Notes under the pieces: generated by a model | What the model saw: only the letters and a program-made list of their open reading frames with translations | Database searches by the model: none | What the model was told of the DNA's origin: nothing | Shown here: positions 21,589-23,125 of the stretch, piece by piece | How positions within the stretch are numbered: position 1 is the first letter of the stretch | How the letters are laid out: every line of letters begins with the position of its first letter | DNA from: Trichinella spiralis | Taxonomy: Eukaryota | Length of the DNA stretch: 23,125 nt | NCBI RefSeq assembly: GCF_000181795.1 | Contig: NW_003526941.1 | Span: 5,792,540 to 5,815,664, forward strand | Direction: 5' to 3' | Program-made: the position numbers and the translations under genes

Positions 21589-22363
21589 ATGCATTATTAC
21601 CCTCTGTAAATGACACCTCTCCTAACAAGCAATTTTGTTAAATATCTCATTAGATAATCAATTGAGTATTATTGTTAGTTTCTGTAATAAATAATTGTAC
21701 AATACTGTTCCCATATATGAAGAAAGAATTCAATAATACATTTGTTTTCCCTAGGGGCAGGCCTTTTGTTCTGCTGAGGTTATATGCATATATCTTGAAA
21801 GATTAGAATGAATGCCATGCATGGGTGAATTATTTTGTTATAGATTGTTATTTTATTTTATTTTCACCATTTGTAATCAATCATTTTGACAAAAAACAAC
21901 ATTCAAATTCATTTGCATAAGCATCAATTGAGTGTAATGTGCTGAGCGAAAACTGATTGAAACCGTTTTATTCTTGGTATCGTTGAGAATCTCAATGAAT
22001 AATTAAAATCATGAACAGCATAGAAATCAATGAAATGATTGTTATGTCTTGAAATCAAACATATTCAAGTCATACGATAGAAACTCAGGTATTAATAAAT
22101 GTTGACAGCTACAGCTGGAGAAATTCAATTCTACTGATCGAATAAATGAAATAAACTAATAGGAAACTAATAAGTGGAAGATTTTATGGTCATTTCTAAC
22201 CGTCCTGATACAATTTCTATAAATTGATTCCAAATGGACGGAAAATGAAGAAAAATCGACTTGCCCAAAACAAAGAAATATTGCACAGGACTTCGCACTT
22301 CCATCCAATTTCTCCCCGATAATGGCAAAGAACCGTATCCTATACCCAAAATTCAACCCCTCC
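21589..22363. repeat. Copy 1 of a ~785-bp direct tandem duplication
   Basis: Starts ATGCATTATT.CCCTCTGT.AATGACACC. Colinear with 22374-23125 at an offset of 785-786 (e.g. CTAGGGGCAGGCC at 21751 and 22536; GATAATGGCAAA at 22318 and 23104). Confidence 0.93.
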
Positions 22364-22373
22364 NNNNNNNNNN
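22364..22373. other. Assembly gap (10 N) between the two repeat copies
   Basis: Run of N, so the true spacing and copy number are unknown. Confidence 1.
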
Positions 22374-23125
22374 ATGCATTATTTCCCTCTGTGAATGACA
22401 CCTTTGCTAACAAGCAATTTTGTCGGATATCACATTAAATAATCAATTGAGTATTATTGTTAGTTTTTGTAATAAATAATTGTACAATACTGTTCCTATA
22501 AATGAAGAAAGAATTCAATAATACATTTGTTTTCCCTAGGGGCAGGCCTTTTTTTCTACTGAGATTATATGCATATATCTTGAAAGGTTAGAATGAATGC
22601 CAAGCATGGGTGAATTAGATTGTTATAAAATGTAATTTGATTTTATTTTCACCATTTTTAATCAATCATTTTAACAAAAAACAACAATCAAAGCCCTTTG
22701 TATAAGCGTCAATTGAGTATGATGACCTGAACGAGAACTGATTCAAACACCTGTATTCTTTGTATCGTTGAGAAGTTCAATGAATAATTAGGATCATGAA
22801 CAGCATAGAAATCAATGAAATGATTGTTATGTCATGAAATCAAATATATTCAAGTTGTACGATAGACACTCAGGTATTAATAAATGTTGACAGCTACAGA
22901 TTGAATAAATTCAATTCTACTGATCGAATAAATGAAATAAACCAATAGGAAACTAATAAGTGGAAGATTTTATGGTCATTTCTAACCGTCCTGAAACAAT
23001 TTCTATAAATTGATTCCAAATGGACGGAAAATGAAGAAAAATCGACTTGCCCAAAGCAAAGAAATATTGCACAGGACTTTCGCAATTTCAACGAATATCT
23101 CACGATAATGGCAAAAAACGTTTCC
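22374..23125. repeat. Copy 2 of the ~785-bp tandem duplication (runs to the window end)
   Basis: Aligns end to end with copy 1, with many substitutions and few indels; roughly 85-90% identical by eye. Confidence 0.93.

Noticed and set aside
22156..23103. Duplicated short minus-strand ORFs (…KSCAIFLCFGQVDFSS…) as transposon or gene fragments
   Set aside because: They recur only because the DNA is duplicated; their ends differ between copies and there are no transposase or RT motifs or terminal repeats.
1..23125. CRISPR arrays, prokaryotic operons or defence systems, rRNA/tRNA genes
   Set aside because: The sequence is intron-containing eukaryotic DNA; I saw no repeat-spacer array or structured RNA gene.

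Overview
AT-rich eukaryotic genomic DNA with short GT-AG introns (mostly 55-105 nt). It is most likely nematode, and I infer Trichinella-like from the degenerate secreted DNase II-type gene, though I cannot confirm the species. Four spliced genes were reconstructed by hand: (1) two tandem, intact but strongly diverged minus-strand glutamate dehydrogenase paralogues, GDH-B (2729-~5551) and GDH-A (6979-9802); (2) a plus-strand six-exon secreted DNase II-family gene (12564-14081) lacking both catalytic HxK histidines; (3) a minus-strand PDZ-GEF/RAPGEF2-6/pxf-1-like Rap exchange factor (15007-20722), 5'-truncated by an assembly gap. The window ends in a ~785-bp diverged tandem duplication. The main observation is that both GDH copies keep all catalytic residues, but each has lost a different part of the metazoan GTP-inhibition site, at positions mutated in human hyperinsulinism/hyperammonaemia. 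They also differ in antenna length, N-terminal targeting signal and one intron. Human residue numbering comes from my recalled GLUD1 sequence and should be verified by alignment.
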